Positions 1 through 16,119 of a stretch of 64,000 nt of DNA are shown here, one piece after another (positions within the stretch are counted from its first letter, which is position 1; the number at the start of each line of letters is the position of its first letter). The translations under genes and the position numbers were made by a program. Under the pieces are notes generated by a model. It worked only from the letters and a program-made list of their open reading frames with translations. It searched no databases and was not told the DNA's origin. Source of the DNA: Escherichia phage PHB11; the sequence record MK524176.1. One strand, written 5' to 3'.

Positions 1-273
1 GTAGCCAAGATGGGAGATGAGAAGGTTGGTGGTGTTTATTTACGTAACTCTTCCAGATTCAAGTCTCTGAAAGCTGTTTATGATGACCTTGTTAAAAGCT
101 CTGTTTCAGGACTGCCCTATGCAGGTGGTATTAATCAGTGCGATATTGACATGCGTCGTCAAAATCCTTGCTCTGTCAAGAAATACACAGAATATGGTGA
201 TGCTGCCAGATACGAAGGCAGAGATTACTGCAACCGTGTTAATGGCGTATTTATTATCGAGCGAGATGAATAA
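1..273 (+). CDS. C-terminal fragment of a structural-module protein; 5' end lies upstream of the window
   Basis: Frame open from base 1 to the stop at 271-273 (listed ORF 10..273 is the in-window part); first of a same-strand run of tail genes; no motif recognised. Confidence 0.35.
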   Translation, partial: VAKMGDEKVGGVYLRNSSRFKSLKAVYDDLVKSSVSGLPYAGGINQCDIDMRRQNPCSVKKYTEYGDAARYEGRDYCNRVNGVFIIERDE

Positions 274-755
274 TGGTTAAAAGGGTTATTCACCCCGCTA
301 GAGCAAAATTAGTCGGGGCTATGAAGAACTTGCAAACGGCTAATGCTCAAGTTGGGTATTTTCGAGAACAAGGTCAACATAGCTCTGGTTTTTCTTATCC
401 TGCTTTAATGTATTTACAAGAAGTTATTGGGGTTCCTTCAGCTTCTGGTAAAGTATATCGTAGGTTGTTTGAAATCACTATGATGCTAAACAGACAGACC
501 TTGTTAGAGCAGACTAAGAAGAATCTATATAAGCAACTTAGCAGTCTCAACACAGACCCTTCAAATACCTTAGAAGCATTTGCAAAGAATGCTCAGAAGG
601 CAATTAAAAGAGGTTTTGGTAATTCTGCTATCCTCCCTCCTAACGCACCTTCCACAGTCAAGAAAAAAGGCTTTAATGCACCTCTTGTTGAGACAGGTGA
701 CTTAAGGGAGAACCTTGCTTATAAAATTTCTACTAAGAAGGGTATTAAAAAATGA
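273..755 (+). CDS. Hypothetical virion protein (head-tail joining or tail completion candidate, by position only)
   Basis: 160 aa ORF, start overlaps upstream stop (ATGA), packed in the late operon upstream of the sheath gene. Confidence 0.35.
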   Translation: MVKRVIHPARAKLVGAMKNLQTANAQVGYFREQGQHSSGFSYPALMYLQEVIGVPSASGKVYRRLFEITMMLNRQTLLEQTKKNLYKQLSSLNTDPSNTLEAFAKNAQKAIKRGFGNSAILPPNAPSTVKKKGFNAPLVETGDLRENLAYKISTKKGIKK

Positions 756-1153
756 GGCTCTTAAACAGACACAGCTTTATAGTAAAGCGTAAAGTCTCTG
801 AAGACGGTTATTATAATGATGATGGTGATTGGGTAGCTTCACAAGATATTGTAGAGGTTAACTGTAAAGGTAATATCCAGCCATATATCAAAGGTTCTGT
901 AAAGAATGGTACACAGATTGCTTTACCGGAAGGTATTAGGCTTACCGATACAAGAATCTTGTATACCACATATAAACTTAGAACTTCAGATGATGTAGAG
1001 TGGAATGAGTCTGATATTGTTATGATTGATGGTCATGAGTATGAAGTATTTATGACTATGGATTGGTCACAGCAATTAGCCCATACGTCCCATTATGAAT
1101 ATATCATTATTAGAAGGGATAAAATGAATGCAGTTAGAAACAGCAGAACTTGA
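752..1153 (+). CDS. Hypothetical virion protein
   Basis: 133 aa ORF with ATGA overlap to the upstream gene; late operon. Confidence 0.35.
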   Translation: MRLLNRHSFIVKRKVSEDGYYNDDGDWVASQDIVEVNCKGNIQPYIKGSVKNGTQIALPEGIRLTDTRILYTTYKLRTSDDVEWNESDIVMIDGHEYEVFMTMDWSQQLAHTSHYEYIIIRRDKMNAVRNSRT

Positions 1154-1727
1154 AAAAGGTCTAGTTAGAACCTTAGTGGATGTTATTGGTCACAGACTAG
1201 CTCGTGATAAGAATAATAGACCAAACGTAATTAGAGCTTACCCTTCTGATAACTCAAATGACAAAGGTTTAAAACCTGACCAGCCATTTATTACCGTATA
1301 TTGTCAAGATGCTGCAACACCTTATGGTTGGGTTCTTGATAAGTTTGTTGAGGATGATGTAGTTTGCTACAGAATTGCTTTTCAGATTCCAGTATTAATT
1401 ACGGTAAATGGTAAAGGTGCTCACAGTATTATGCTTGAGCTTAAACAACGATTAGAGATGAGTTCAGTCAGAGATTTAATTCTTGAAGAGACAGGAGCTA
1501 CAGTTCTAGATACTGGAGCTATCCCAAATGACTATACTTATCTTAATACAGATTTCGAAAATTCTGCACCTCTTGTTGTAACTCTTGTAAAAAATTCAGT
1601 CCTGAAAGATGAACGTGGAGGTATTATTGAACGTGTCATCGTTGATGGTGAATTAGTTTACGAAGAAGGACAAGAGCCACCAGAATATACTATCCATCTA
1701 GATGTAGACTCCAAAGGGGTAAAATAA
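1128..1727 (+). CDS. Hypothetical virion protein (tail completion candidate)
   Basis: 199 aa ORF immediately upstream of the putative sheath gene. Confidence 0.35.
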   Translation: MQLETAELEKGLVRTLVDVIGHRLARDKNNRPNVIRAYPSDNSNDKGLKPDQPFITVYCQDAATPYGWVLDKFVEDDVVCYRIAFQIPVLITVNGKGAHSIMLELKQRLEMSSVRDLILEETGATVLDTGAIPNDYTYLNTDFENSAPLVVTLVKNSVLKDERGGIIERVIVDGELVYEEGQEPPEYTIHLDVDSKGVK

Positions 1728-3080
1728 ATGTGGAATCCAATTGTTAATGTAGATATTACATTGAACACCGCAGGAACTACAAGAGAAGGTTTTGGGCTAC
1801 CACTATTTTTAGCTTCAACAGATAACTTTGAAGAAAGAGTCCGTGGTTACACTTCCTTAACTGAAGTTGCTGAAGATTTCGATGAAAATTCTGCTGCATA
1901 TAAGGCTGCTAAACAACTTTGGAGTCAGACTCCTAAAGTAACCCAGCTTTATATTGGTAGACGTGCTATGCAGTACACTGTATCAATTCCTGACTCTGTT
2001 AATGAAAGTACCGATTATTCTTTAACTGTAGCTGTGGGCGGTGGAGTTTCTCAACCATTCCAGTACACTTCACAGTCAAAAGATACTGCTGAGAAGGTGT
2101 TACAGCAGCTTAAAACACAGATTGAAGCTGACCCAACAGTTAAAGATAAGGTCACTGTCAATGTAACTGGTGCTGGCGGTTCAGCCACAATGGTAATCAC
2201 CAAAGCTGGTGTGAACGACTTCGTGAAGGTTACTTCTACAGCACAAACAGTGTCAATTGCAAGTACAACTGCTGACACAGCATCTACTGCTTTGGCAGCT
2301 ATTGAAGCTTATTCAACTGACTGGTATTTCATTGCAGCAGAAGACAGAACTCAACAGTTTGTCTTAGCAATGGCTTCTGAGATTCAAGCTCGCAAGAAGA
2401 TTTTCTTTACAGCTAACTCTGATGTAACAGCACTGCAAGGTACAGAATTAGCCAGTGCAAATGATGTTCCAGCACAACTTGCTAAGAATAAATACACTCG
2501 TACAGTTTGCTTGTGGCATCACACAGCAGCAGAAGACTATCCAGAAATGGCATACATTGCTTATGGTGCTCCATATGATGCAGGTTCAATTGCTTGGGGT
2601 AACGCACAGTTAACTGGTGTAGCTGCTTCTCTACAACCATCTAATCATAGACCTCTGACAAGTATTCAGAAGTCAGCTTTAGATGCACGTCACTGTAACT
2701 TTATTGACCTTGATGGTGGTGTTCCAGTGGTTCGTAGAGGGATTACTTCTGGTGGGGAATGGATTGATATCATCCGTGGTGTTGACTGGTTAGAATCAGA
2801 CCTGAAAACTTCTCTGAGAGACTTGCTAATTAATCAGAAGGGTGGTAAGATTACTTATGATGATACTGGTATTACCCGTATTCGTCAAGTCATTGAAACC
2901 TCTCTACAGAGAGCAGTCAACAGAAACTTCCTGTCATCTTACACAGTTAATGTTCCTAAAGCCTCTCAAGTTGCTTTAGCAGACAAGAAAGCTCGTATCC
3001 TGAAAGATGTTACCTTCTCAGGTATCTTAGCAGGGGCTATCTTGGATGTTGACTTGAAAGGTACAGTGGCTTACGAATAA
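1728..3080 (+). CDS. Putative tail sheath protein
   Basis: 450 aa; position directly upstream of a ~150 aa tube candidate, a frameshifted chaperone pair and the tape measure gene (P2/Mu-like contractile tail order). Confidence 0.5.
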   Translation: MWNPIVNVDITLNTAGTTREGFGLPLFLASTDNFEERVRGYTSLTEVAEDFDENSAAYKAAKQLWSQTPKVTQLYIGRRAMQYTVSIPDSVNESTDYSLTVAVGGGVSQPFQYTSQSKDTAEKVLQQLKTQIEADPTVKDKVTVNVTGAGGSATMVITKAGVNDFVKVTSTAQTVSIASTTADTASTALAAIEAYSTDWYFIAAEDRTQQFVLAMASEIQARKKIFFTANSDVTALQGTELASANDVPAQLAKNKYTRTVCLWHHTAAEDYPEMAYIAYGAPYDAGSIAWGNAQLTGVAASLQPSNHRPLTSIQKSALDARHCNFIDLDGGVPVVRRGITSGGEWIDIIRGVDWLESDLKTSLRDLLINQKGGKITYDDTGITRIRQVIETSLQRAVNRNFLSSYTVNVPKASQVALADKKARILKDVTFSGILAGAILDVDLKGTVAYE

Positions 3081-3095
3081 TAGAGGTAAATTGGA

Positions 3096-3542
3096 ATGGC
3101 TATGTATCAGCAATATTCCCCTAAAGACGTTGTATGTAGCTGGAATGGCATTGCTATTGAAGGCTTTGCTCCAGATTCATTCTTGCGTCTACAGAGAACA
3201 TCACCACTTATTACACCAGTTGTAGGTGCGGGTGGTCAGGTTGCTCTGACAAGAAATGCAGACAAGACAGGTACTATTGAGATTGAGCTAATGCAGACTT
3301 CTCTCTCTAATCAGATGCTTTCTGCAATTCAAGCTAAACAAGACAATATGGAACTTGAAGAAGATATCTCTTCTAACTTCGTAATCTACGACCCATCAGG
3401 CTCTGTTCTGGCAACTGGTATTAATGCTTGGTTGCAGGAACTACCGCAGATTGAACTTGGTCGTGACCAGAACTCTAAGACTTGGATTTTTGGTTGTGAG
3501 AAGCTAGACTACACTTCTACAATTCCAGCGTCAAGTGTTTAA
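3096..3542 (+). CDS. Putative tail tube protein
   Basis: 148 aa, between sheath candidate and chaperone pair; followed by an intrinsic terminator. Confidence 0.45.
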   Translation: MAMYQQYSPKDVVCSWNGIAIEGFAPDSFLRLQRTSPLITPVVGAGGQVALTRNADKTGTIEIELMQTSLSNQMLSAIQAKQDNMELEEDISSNFVIYDPSGSVLATGINAWLQELPQIELGRDQNSKTWIFGCEKLDYTSTIPASSV

Positions 3543-3554
3543 TAAATCCTATAA

Positions 3555-3588
3555 GGGGGAGACTTTAAAAGGTCTTCCCCTTTTTTGT
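3555..3588 (+). terminator. Intrinsic terminator after the tube gene
   Basis: GGGGGAGAC-TTTAAAA-GGTCTTCCCC hairpin followed by a T-run. Confidence 0.6.
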
Positions 3589-3615
3589 TTCTTTTAAAAG
3601 TATTAAGGAATCACA

Positions 3616-4014
3616 ATGAAAACAGAAGCTAGAGTAATTAATGGTAAGAAAGTAAATATCATTCTGCTTGGGGCAAGAGATGGTATTAAGATGTCTATGA
3701 AGTTGGGTAAAATTGTTGTTCCAACTTTTGCACAGATGCTATCAAGTCTGACTGATAAAGATAAGAAAGAAGTTCCAATGGTTCCATTTAAAGAACTTGT
3801 TGAGGCTTGTTTTGACAGAATTGAAGAAATTAACCTTGAAGAAATGGCTACCCTGCTATTTCAAGGGGCAACTGTTGATGACTTCCCACTTAATATTGAT
3901 ACATACTTCCAAGCAAACTATGGCGAATTTATTGATTACTTAGCATTTGCGCTGGAGGCAAACTTCGGAAGTTTTTTCGAAGCAAGCATTTTCAAAAGCC
4001 TAACTTCTCAGTAA
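3616..4014 (+). CDS. Tail assembly chaperone (gpG-like, zero-frame product)
   Basis: 132 aa ORF immediately upstream of the tape measure gene; contains slippery heptamer TTTTTTC near its 3' end. Confidence 0.5.
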   Translation: MKTEARVINGKKVNIILLGARDGIKMSMKLGKIVVPTFAQMLSSLTDKDKKEVPMVPFKELVEACFDRIEEINLEEMATLLFQGATVDDFPLNIDTYFQANYGEFIDYLAFALEANFGSFFEASIFKSLTSQ

Positions 4015-4255
4015 ACATGGGTAACACTCTACAGACACCACTAACTGATGCTGCTGTAGAGGCAACCTATGAAGAAGCAGACGAGATGAAATTTGTGCTT
4101 GCTATTTATGGTATGGAAGGGTGTAAAGAAACACTTGACCAACTCTTTGCTATGACATTCTCTGATTTATTATCATTGAGACAATTTCTTGAAATTCAGA
4201 GGTCGTATAAAGAGGAAATTGCTTACAACGAACTTAGAAGAGCAGGAAAAATGTA

Positions 4256-4256
<1 letters not shown>
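3616..4256 (+). CDS. Predicted G-T-like chaperone fusion made by -1 frameshifting at 3972-3978
   Basis: ORF 4017..4256 is in the -1 frame relative to 3616..4014 and that frame has no stop between the slip site and 4256. Confidence 0.45.
3972..3978 (+). other. Candidate -1 programmed ribosomal frameshift site (slippery heptamer T_TTT_TTC)
   Basis: In-frame X_XXY_YYZ heptamer; the -1 frame is open from 3978 through ORF 4017..4256. Confidence 0.5.
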
Positions 4257-9619
<5,363 letters not shown>

Positions 9620-9620
<1 letters not shown>

Positions 9621-11089
9621 TGGCAGGACTAACTACAACAGGATTACAAACTCTAAGATATCAGGAGATTTTTGATAATATCAAATCAAGACTTCTTAGA
9701 GATATTTCACCAAACCTTGACGTTTCTGAAGATAGTCAATTAGGACTCTTCCTAGCTTCAATTGCAAGGTCTTTAGCAGATACCCATGAGATTCTATCAG
9801 AAGTCTATGACGGTGGAACAATTGACAAGGCCGAAGGCTTTAACCTTGATGATATTACAGCTTTAAATGCTGTATATAGATATGTTGCTCAGGCAACAAG
9901 AGGTCAGGTAGAGTTTACTGGAACGACTGGTGCTACCATTCCTTCAACAACAAGACTAAGAAGTACTGCCGGAAATATCTTTTATCCAGTTAACAACATT
10001 ACCCTAACCCCATCATATTGTGTTGAAGCTGTCCTTGAAGTTAACTCTTTACGAACTGATGCAGATTATGTTATTATTATTGATAACGTCATTTTCTCAT
10101 ATAAACCAACCTCATCAGACACAATCACCACACTTCTAACAAAATTAGCAGAAGCTATTAATGGTGGTATTGTAGCAAAGGCAGAAGTCATTAATGATGG
10201 AGCATCATTAAGAGTCTATAAAGATGAGGGTGATATCATTGCCAGAACAAACCCTATGGTTGTCACTGCGACAACGTTTCTGACCTTTACAAAAATTACA
10301 ACTATTTCAGATGTAGTAGCTGAAGAGGTGGGTGCTACTCCTGCTTTGGCTGGTACACTTATTGAGATTGAGACAACTGTTGATGGCCTTGACAGTATTT
10401 ATAACAGGTATGACTTAACAACTGGTAGAAACGAAGAAACTGACACAGAACTTAGACAGAGATATTTAGAGTCCTTAGCAGTTACTGGTGTAGGAACTTT
10501 GGATGCAATTGTAGCTGCTGTTAAAAGAGTTCAAGGTGTCTCAGATGCTTCAGGTGTTGAAAATGATACTGAAGAGACAAACTCAGAAGGTCTTCCACCA
10601 AAATCTTTTAAGATTGTTGTAGTTGGTGGTCAAAATGATAATGTAGCTCAGGCAATCTGGGATACAAAGCCTGCTGGTATTAGGGCTTATGGCTCAATTT
10701 TTGGTACAGCCCACGATTTAGGTGGTTTGGCACATAATATTTATTTCAGCAGACCAACACCAAAATACGCATTTGTTAAGGTGTCTTACTCACTATATGA
10801 TGAAGAAAGCTTGACAATCCCTGAAGAGGATATCAGAGACAGTATTGTGCAAGGTATTAATGCCTACGGAAGAACTCTTAAGGTTGGTAATGATGTTATC
10901 CCTAACAGAATCTATGGACATATCTATGACGTAATTAAAGGTATTGAGATTAATGAAGTCAAGGTAGCATTATCAAACAGCCAATCAGTTCCACCTAGTG
11001 ACGGACAATATACTACAGGAAGAATTACTGTTGACGGTGACCAATATACTGTTTGGGAAAGTAGCCAGTATACCATCACTAAGGAGTAA
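9620..11089 (+). CDS. Putative baseplate J-like protein
   Basis: 489 aa ORF in canonical W-J-I order upstream of tail fibres. Confidence 0.45.
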
Positions 11090-11091
11090 TA

Positions 11092-11946
11092 ATGTTTGAA
11101 AAGATTGATAGTGTTTATTACAAAACACTTGATGAACGAACTGTAACACAGTTTAAAGATAAGTTTATCTACACAAGTATCTTGAAAGCAATCACTGATG
11201 AGTTACAAACATTAGAGGATGTTTGCTGGCAGATGCACACAGAGAGAAATATTAGGACGTCAGTAGGCCAACAACTTGATAATATTGGCTCACTGATTAA
11301 AGTTCCTAGACCTCTAGGTGCTGATGATGAAACATATAGAGCTATGCTTTATATCCAAATCTTCCTAAGACGCTCTGACACTACTCCAACATTCTTGCAA
11401 AAAGCAATTATGACACTATATGGTGCAACTTTCTCTCAGATTTTTGAGCATATTACTCCTAAGACTGGTGGTATCGTTATCCGTATTAACACCAGAAAAA
11501 ACGTTCTTGATGCTGCATACACGCTATCAAAGATTTCTGCAACAACAACTGGTTCTGCTGTTATCTTAAGAGATGTTACTTTAAAGGGGACTGCTTGGAC
11601 ACCTGTAGAGGTTGCTGATTCAGCACTTGCTATTGTTGATGATAAAGAGAACTGGTTCGTAACTGATGCTAACAGGGGTCTTGTTACAAATAACACTGGT
11701 GGCTCTCTGGAGTCCAACCTAGTAGGGAGTCTTGCAGATGCTGGTGTTATTGATGGTTACTTTAAGGTTGACAGAACAGCAAACTCACAGAGTGATGATT
11801 ACATGACTGTAGATAGGTCTAATAATAGTGGATATTTCATCGTTGGTAAAGAAGCTGTTGCAGGTGGTGCATACGGAATCATGGCTGAGGTTGCACAAAT
11901 TGTCAAAGGCAGAAAAGATAAATCACAACAAGAAGGAAATTCTTAA
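11092..11946 (+). CDS. Putative baseplate gpI-like protein
   Basis: 284 aa ORF between J-like gene and fibre genes. Confidence 0.4.
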   Translation: MFEKIDSVYYKTLDERTVTQFKDKFIYTSILKAITDELQTLEDVCWQMHTERNIRTSVGQQLDNIGSLIKVPRPLGADDETYRAMLYIQIFLRRSDTTPTFLQKAIMTLYGATFSQIFEHITPKTGGIVIRINTRKNVLDAAYTLSKISATTTGSAVILRDVTLKGTAWTPVEVADSALAIVDDKENWFVTDANRGLVTNNTGGSLESNLVGSLADAGVIDGYFKVDRTANSQSDDYMTVDRSNNSGYFIVGKEAVAGGAYGIMAEVAQIVKGRKDKSQQEGNS

Positions 11947-12248
11947 TGGCAGTTTTAAATTGGTCTACAAATGAAGTGGATACTGATGGTAATCAGTTAA
12001 AAGTTTTACCACCACCGGAAATTCAAGAGACAGGTCTTTTAAAGGGTGAGCCTATGGGTAGACAGTGGTTCAACTATATTATCAACTACCTGCTGAATAA
12101 AGTAAACGGCACTGTTGGTGAAGTTCGCTCATATGCAACTGAGCAACCAGATTTAGTGGCTAATGGCTGGAATCTAATTAAGTCTGAGACAGGGACTGCA
12201 TCAACAAGCACAAGAAACCTTTACACATATGAATATGTAGGAGCTTAA
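11946..12248 (+). CDS. Hypothetical baseplate/fibre-associated protein
   Basis: 100 aa ORF, translationally coupled to neighbours. Confidence 0.35.
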   Translation: MAVLNWSTNEVDTDGNQLKVLPPPEIQETGLLKGEPMGRQWFNYIINYLLNKVNGTVGEVRSYATEQPDLVANGWNLIKSETGTASTSTRNLYTYEYVGA

Positions 12249-12250
12249 TA

Positions 12251-13426
12251 ATGGCAGTAGGTGAAATTCAAATTAGTGCCTTGCCACAAGCGGCCTTACC
12301 AATTGATTTGAGTGATATCTTCCATCTTAAGCAAGGTGTTGAGGATAAAAGATGTACGCTTGAACAGTTGTTAGCACCTCACACATCTTTGAGGAATAAC
12401 CCTCATGGTGTAACTAAATCGCAAGTTGGTCTTGATAATGTTATTAACTCACTCCAATTGGTCGCAGCTAATAACTTGTCAGACATTGTAGATGTTGCTG
12501 AGGCAAGAGCAAATCTACAGATTATGTCGTCAGATGAAGTGAACAGTTTAATTCAGAGACATATCGACGACAAAAGTAACCCACACAATACAACGAAAGC
12601 ACAGGTAGGGTTAAGTAATGTTCAGAACTGGACAACATCCAACTTATACAATGAAGATGCTGATAAATATGCTACCGCGAGAGCAGTGAATAATCTATAC
12701 AAAGCTATCCAAGCATCATATCCAGTGGGGACTATTCATCTGTCTGTTAACTCTGCTAACCCATCCACTTACTTGCTTTGTGGAGGTACTTGGGAGTTGG
12801 TTTCTAAAGGTAGGGCGCTTGTTGGTTATGATACAGAAGCTAGACCTGTTGGTTCAACGTTCGGTTCTCAGACTGTAGCATTAACAAATAATAATTTACC
12901 AGCACACACCCACTCTATCTATTTAACAGGTGGTGGTCACACACACTCTGCAAGCGTATCTATCTCTAGTTTTGATTATGGTTCAAAAAGTACATCAACT
13001 TTTGATTACGGTACAAAAACGACTAATAGTGCTGGTGCTCACACTCACACGTTTAGCGGCACGACAAGTAATGATGGTAACCATAACCATAGAGTACCAC
13101 TGAGAGGTAATGATAGAAGTGGGGGGGATGCTATTACTGCATCTGCTTATGCTGGGGTTAATAATAATACGTATACTGATTTAGCAGGTGCTCACACCCA
13201 TAGCTTCTCAGGCACAACTGCATCATCTGGTGCTCATAACCATACTGTTGCAATTGGTGCTCATAGCCACACTGTTAATATTGGTTCACACAGTCATACG
13301 GGTGCTGTTACTGTCTCTAGCTCTGAACATACACACTCAGGAACATCTGGTTCTGTTGGTGGTGGTCAAGCTTTCAGTGTTGAGCAGCCATCTTTTGTCG
13401 TATATGTATGGCAGAGAACAGCTTAA
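12251..13426 (+). CDS. Tail fibre protein with His-rich (HxH) C-terminal tip
   Basis: C-terminal repeats AHTHTFSG, AHNHTV, AHSHTVNIGSHSHTG; C-terminus ...VWQRTA; N-terminus related to the next gene. Confidence 0.6.
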   Translation: MAVGEIQISALPQAALPIDLSDIFHLKQGVEDKRCTLEQLLAPHTSLRNNPHGVTKSQVGLDNVINSLQLVAANNLSDIVDVAEARANLQIMSSDEVNSLIQRHIDDKSNPHNTTKAQVGLSNVQNWTTSNLYNEDADKYATARAVNNLYKAIQASYPVGTIHLSVNSANPSTYLLCGGTWELVSKGRALVGYDTEARPVGSTFGSQTVALTNNNLPAHTHSIYLTGGGHTHSASVSISSFDYGSKSTSTFDYGTKTTNSAGAHTHTFSGTTSNDGNHNHRVPLRGNDRSGGDAITASAYAGVNNNTYTDLAGAHTHSFSGTTASSGAHNHTVAIGAHSHTVNIGSHSHTGAVTVSSSEHTHSGTSGSVGGGQAFSVEQPSFVVYVWQRTA

Positions 13427-13430
13427 TTTC

Positions 13431-13459
13431 TTTACAGGGGCTTTGTAGCCCCTTTTAAG
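13431..13459 (+). terminator. Hairpin with T-run between the two fibre genes
   Basis: CTTTACA-GGGGCTTTGTAGCCCC-TTTTAAG; same TTTACA + GGGGCTT...AAGCCCC unit as the early-region cassettes. Confidence 0.4.
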
Positions 13460-13472
13460 AGGAAAATTTATA

Positions 13473-15842
13473 ATGGCAGATTACAAATTGAGTCAATTAA
13501 ACTCAATCGACACAATTCGTTCAGAAGACCTATTGCACATCAGAGTTAAGAAAAGACCTGAAATGTTGGGTGACGAAGACCGTAGAATGACCTATCAAGA
13601 CTTCTTAGCTTCCTTCAAACTAGAAAGGTTTGTTCAGATTGCTGGGAGTACTATGGTTGGGGATTTAGGTATTGTCAAGTTACTTTACGGTGGCAAGGCT
13701 GTATTTGACCCAACAGATTCTTCTGAGATTACTATTGGGGATGTTTTAAAGACTTTTAAAATTAACGCAAATGGTCTTAAACTAACTATTGCAGATGCTT
13801 CAAGGTCGGCAACTGTTTATCATACTTTGAATAAGCCAAGCCCTAATGAGCTTGGGATGAGAACTAATGAAGAGAATGATGCAAGATATGCAAGGCTTGC
13901 TGTCACAAATAACTTCAGCATTAGGCAAGCAATCATAACTGATGGTGAGCAGTTAACTCTTAAGAAGGCAACCAATGCAGGTGCTTCATATATTCAAGGT
14001 AGAGATACTAATAACCAGCAAACTTGGTATGTTGGACAGGGAAATGCAAACAGCACTAATGTTTATTTGTACAATCATGCTACTGGTGCAATGTTAACCC
14101 TTGATGCAACAGCAGCATTTAATAAGTCACTTAGAATCACTGGACAAGTTCAACCTTCGGATTTCTCTAACTTAGATGCTAGATACTTCACTCAGACAGT
14201 TGCTAATCAGAGATTTGCACAGTTAGCTGGTAATAACACTTTTACAGGTGCTAATACATTTAATAACTATATCAGTGTGAACTCTAATGCTGCTGCTATC
14301 GTGCTAAAAAATAAGTCTGCTAATGAGTCTTTGTACATCCTAGCAAAAGATGTTGAAAACAATAATCTGTGGTTTATTGGTAAAGGTAGTGCAAATGACA
14401 ATATCACATTTTATGATTACAAGGGCAATACTTCTATTGTATTAAACTCGTCTGGTGCTGCATTCAGCAAGACTGTAAAAATCACTGGTCAAGTCCAACC
14501 TTCAGATTGGGCTAACATTGACTCTAGATATATTCCGGCAGATATTTTAAGCAATCTTGCTAAAATTAATGTAACTAACACATTTACCTCCCAGCAAATT
14601 ATCCAAGCAAATGGTGAAGCTATTAGGCTAAAAAACTCTTCTGAGAACTCACCATTGTATATCAGAGCACAGGACAACACTGGTGCTTATAGGTGGTATG
14701 TAGGTAATGGCTCGGGGAGTGATGATGTCACCATCCGCAATCACAAGACAGATTGTGAGGTTATCCTATCTAGTGTCGTTGCTATTAATAAAACATTAAG
14801 CATCACTGGTCAAGTTAAACCCTCAGATTTCTCTAACTTAGATGCTAGATATTACACGCAATCTACCGCAAACTCTAGGTATATGCTTGCTTACTCTTCT
14901 GGCAGTGGTACAGAGGTGGGTGAGAGTGATGGTATTGTTTGGAATGCTAAAACTGGTCTGTATAATGTGTATAATAAATCTGGTGGCTCAACACAGCTAG
15001 TCTACCATATGTATCAGGGTACAAGTTCTACACCATCTGCACAGTTTAAGTTTATCTACAGGAATGGTGGTATTTTTTACAGGACAGCACGAGATGGGTA
15101 TGGTTTTGAGCAGGCATGGGCTAAAATCTATACAGACCAAGATAAACCAACCCCTTCAGAGATTGGTGCGTACACTAAAGCTGAAACTGACCAGAAGATT
15201 GCAGAAGCGATTAGTGACTCTACAGACCTGAATAAAATCTATCCAGTAGGTATTGTGACGTGGTTTAACAGTAATGTTAACCCTAATACAGCACTTCCTG
15301 GGTTAACTTGGACGTACCTGAACAATGGTGTTGGTAGAACTATTAGAATTGCAGCAGCAAACGGTTCAGATGTTGCTACAACTGGTGGTTCAGATTCTGT
15401 AACACTATCTGTTGGTAACTTACCTTCACACACGCATAGTTTCTCTGCTACCACTTCATCATTTGATTATGGTACTAAGACGACAAATACGACTGGCAAC
15501 CATGCTCATGATAGAGGTAACATGGAAATTTCTGGTGTGTTTGGTTGGTTCAGAAGTGATAACGGTGCATTCTACACTGCTAGTGGTGCATTTGTGATGG
15601 GTGGTAGTCAGGCTTCGCATGGCTTCACAGGCTCTAACTTCACTTATGGTGCGCCTGTTGATTTCCACGCGTCAAGAACTTGGACAGGTGTAACCAACAC
15701 GACTGGTAACCACGCCCACAGTGTAGGTATTGGCGCTCACAGCCACACAGTTAGTGGTAACACAGGTGGTACTGGTTCTGGTTCAGCATTTAGTGTTACT
15801 AACCAGTTCTATAAGCTAATGGCTTGGGTAAGGACTGCTTAA
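13473..15842 (+). CDS. Tail fibre protein (long), paralogous to 12251..13426
   Basis: 789 aa; three internal repeats (...ITGQVQPSDFSNLDARY.../...ITGQVQPSDWANIDSRY.../...ITGQVKPSDFSNLDARY...); HxH motifs near C-terminus; ends ...AWVRTA. Confidence 0.6.
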   Translation: MADYKLSQLNSIDTIRSEDLLHIRVKKRPEMLGDEDRRMTYQDFLASFKLERFVQIAGSTMVGDLGIVKLLYGGKAVFDPTDSSEITIGDVLKTFKINANGLKLTIADASRSATVYHTLNKPSPNELGMRTNEENDARYARLAVTNNFSIRQAIITDGEQLTLKKATNAGASYIQGRDTNNQQTWYVGQGNANSTNVYLYNHATGAMLTLDATAAFNKSLRITGQVQPSDFSNLDARYFTQTVANQRFAQLAGNNTFTGANTFNNYISVNSNAAAIVLKNKSANESLYILAKDVENNNLWFIGKGSANDNITFYDYKGNTSIVLNSSGAAFSKTVKITGQVQPSDWANIDSRYIPADILSNLAKINVTNTFTSQQIIQANGEAIRLKNSSENSPLYIRAQDNTGAYRWYVGNGSGSDDVTIRNHKTDCEVILSSVVAINKTLSITGQVKPSDFSNLDARYYTQSTANSRYMLAYSSGSGTEVGESDGIVWNAKTGLYNVYNKSGGSTQLVYHMYQGTSSTPSAQFKFIYRNGGIFYRTARDGYGFEQAWAKIYTDQDKPTPSEIGAYTKAETDQKIAEAISDSTDLNKIYPVGIVTWFNSNVNPNTALPGLTWTYLNNGVGRTIRIAAANGSDVATTGGSDSVTLSVGNLPSHTHSFSATTSSFDYGTKTTNTTGNHAHDRGNMEISGVFGWFRSDNGAFYTASGAFVMGGSQASHGFTGSNFTYGAPVDFHASRTWTGVTNTTGNHAHSVGIGAHSHTVSGNTGGTGSGSAFSVTNQFYKLMAWVRTA

Positions 15843-15921
15843 TCCCTTGTTGACTGATTGTTAAGATGGTGTTAATATTCTTTATGGGTATTCTCACCAT
15901 CTTGGCTGATGAGGTGATTAA

Positions 15922-16119
15922 ATGCCTACAATCCTAGCAATTCTTCTAAAAAATCTAGGTAGCTTCTTCTGGAAACTCATTTTATCCCTTCTAAGTGAAT
16001 ACATGATTGAGAAAGTGTTCTTTAGGCTTGCAAGATACCTTGCGAGTAAAACAGACACACCTATTGATGATGAGTTCGTAGATAACTTAGAAAAAGCTTT
16101 TAAGGGGGAGAATAAATGA
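15922..16119 (+). CDS. Small membrane protein (unknown; holin-like topology not established)
   Basis: 65 aa with hydrophobic N-terminal segment ILAILLKNLGSFFWKLILSLL. Confidence 0.35.
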   Translation: MPTILAILLKNLGSFFWKLILSLLSEYMIEKVFFRLARYLASKTDTPIDDEFVDNLEKAFKGENK

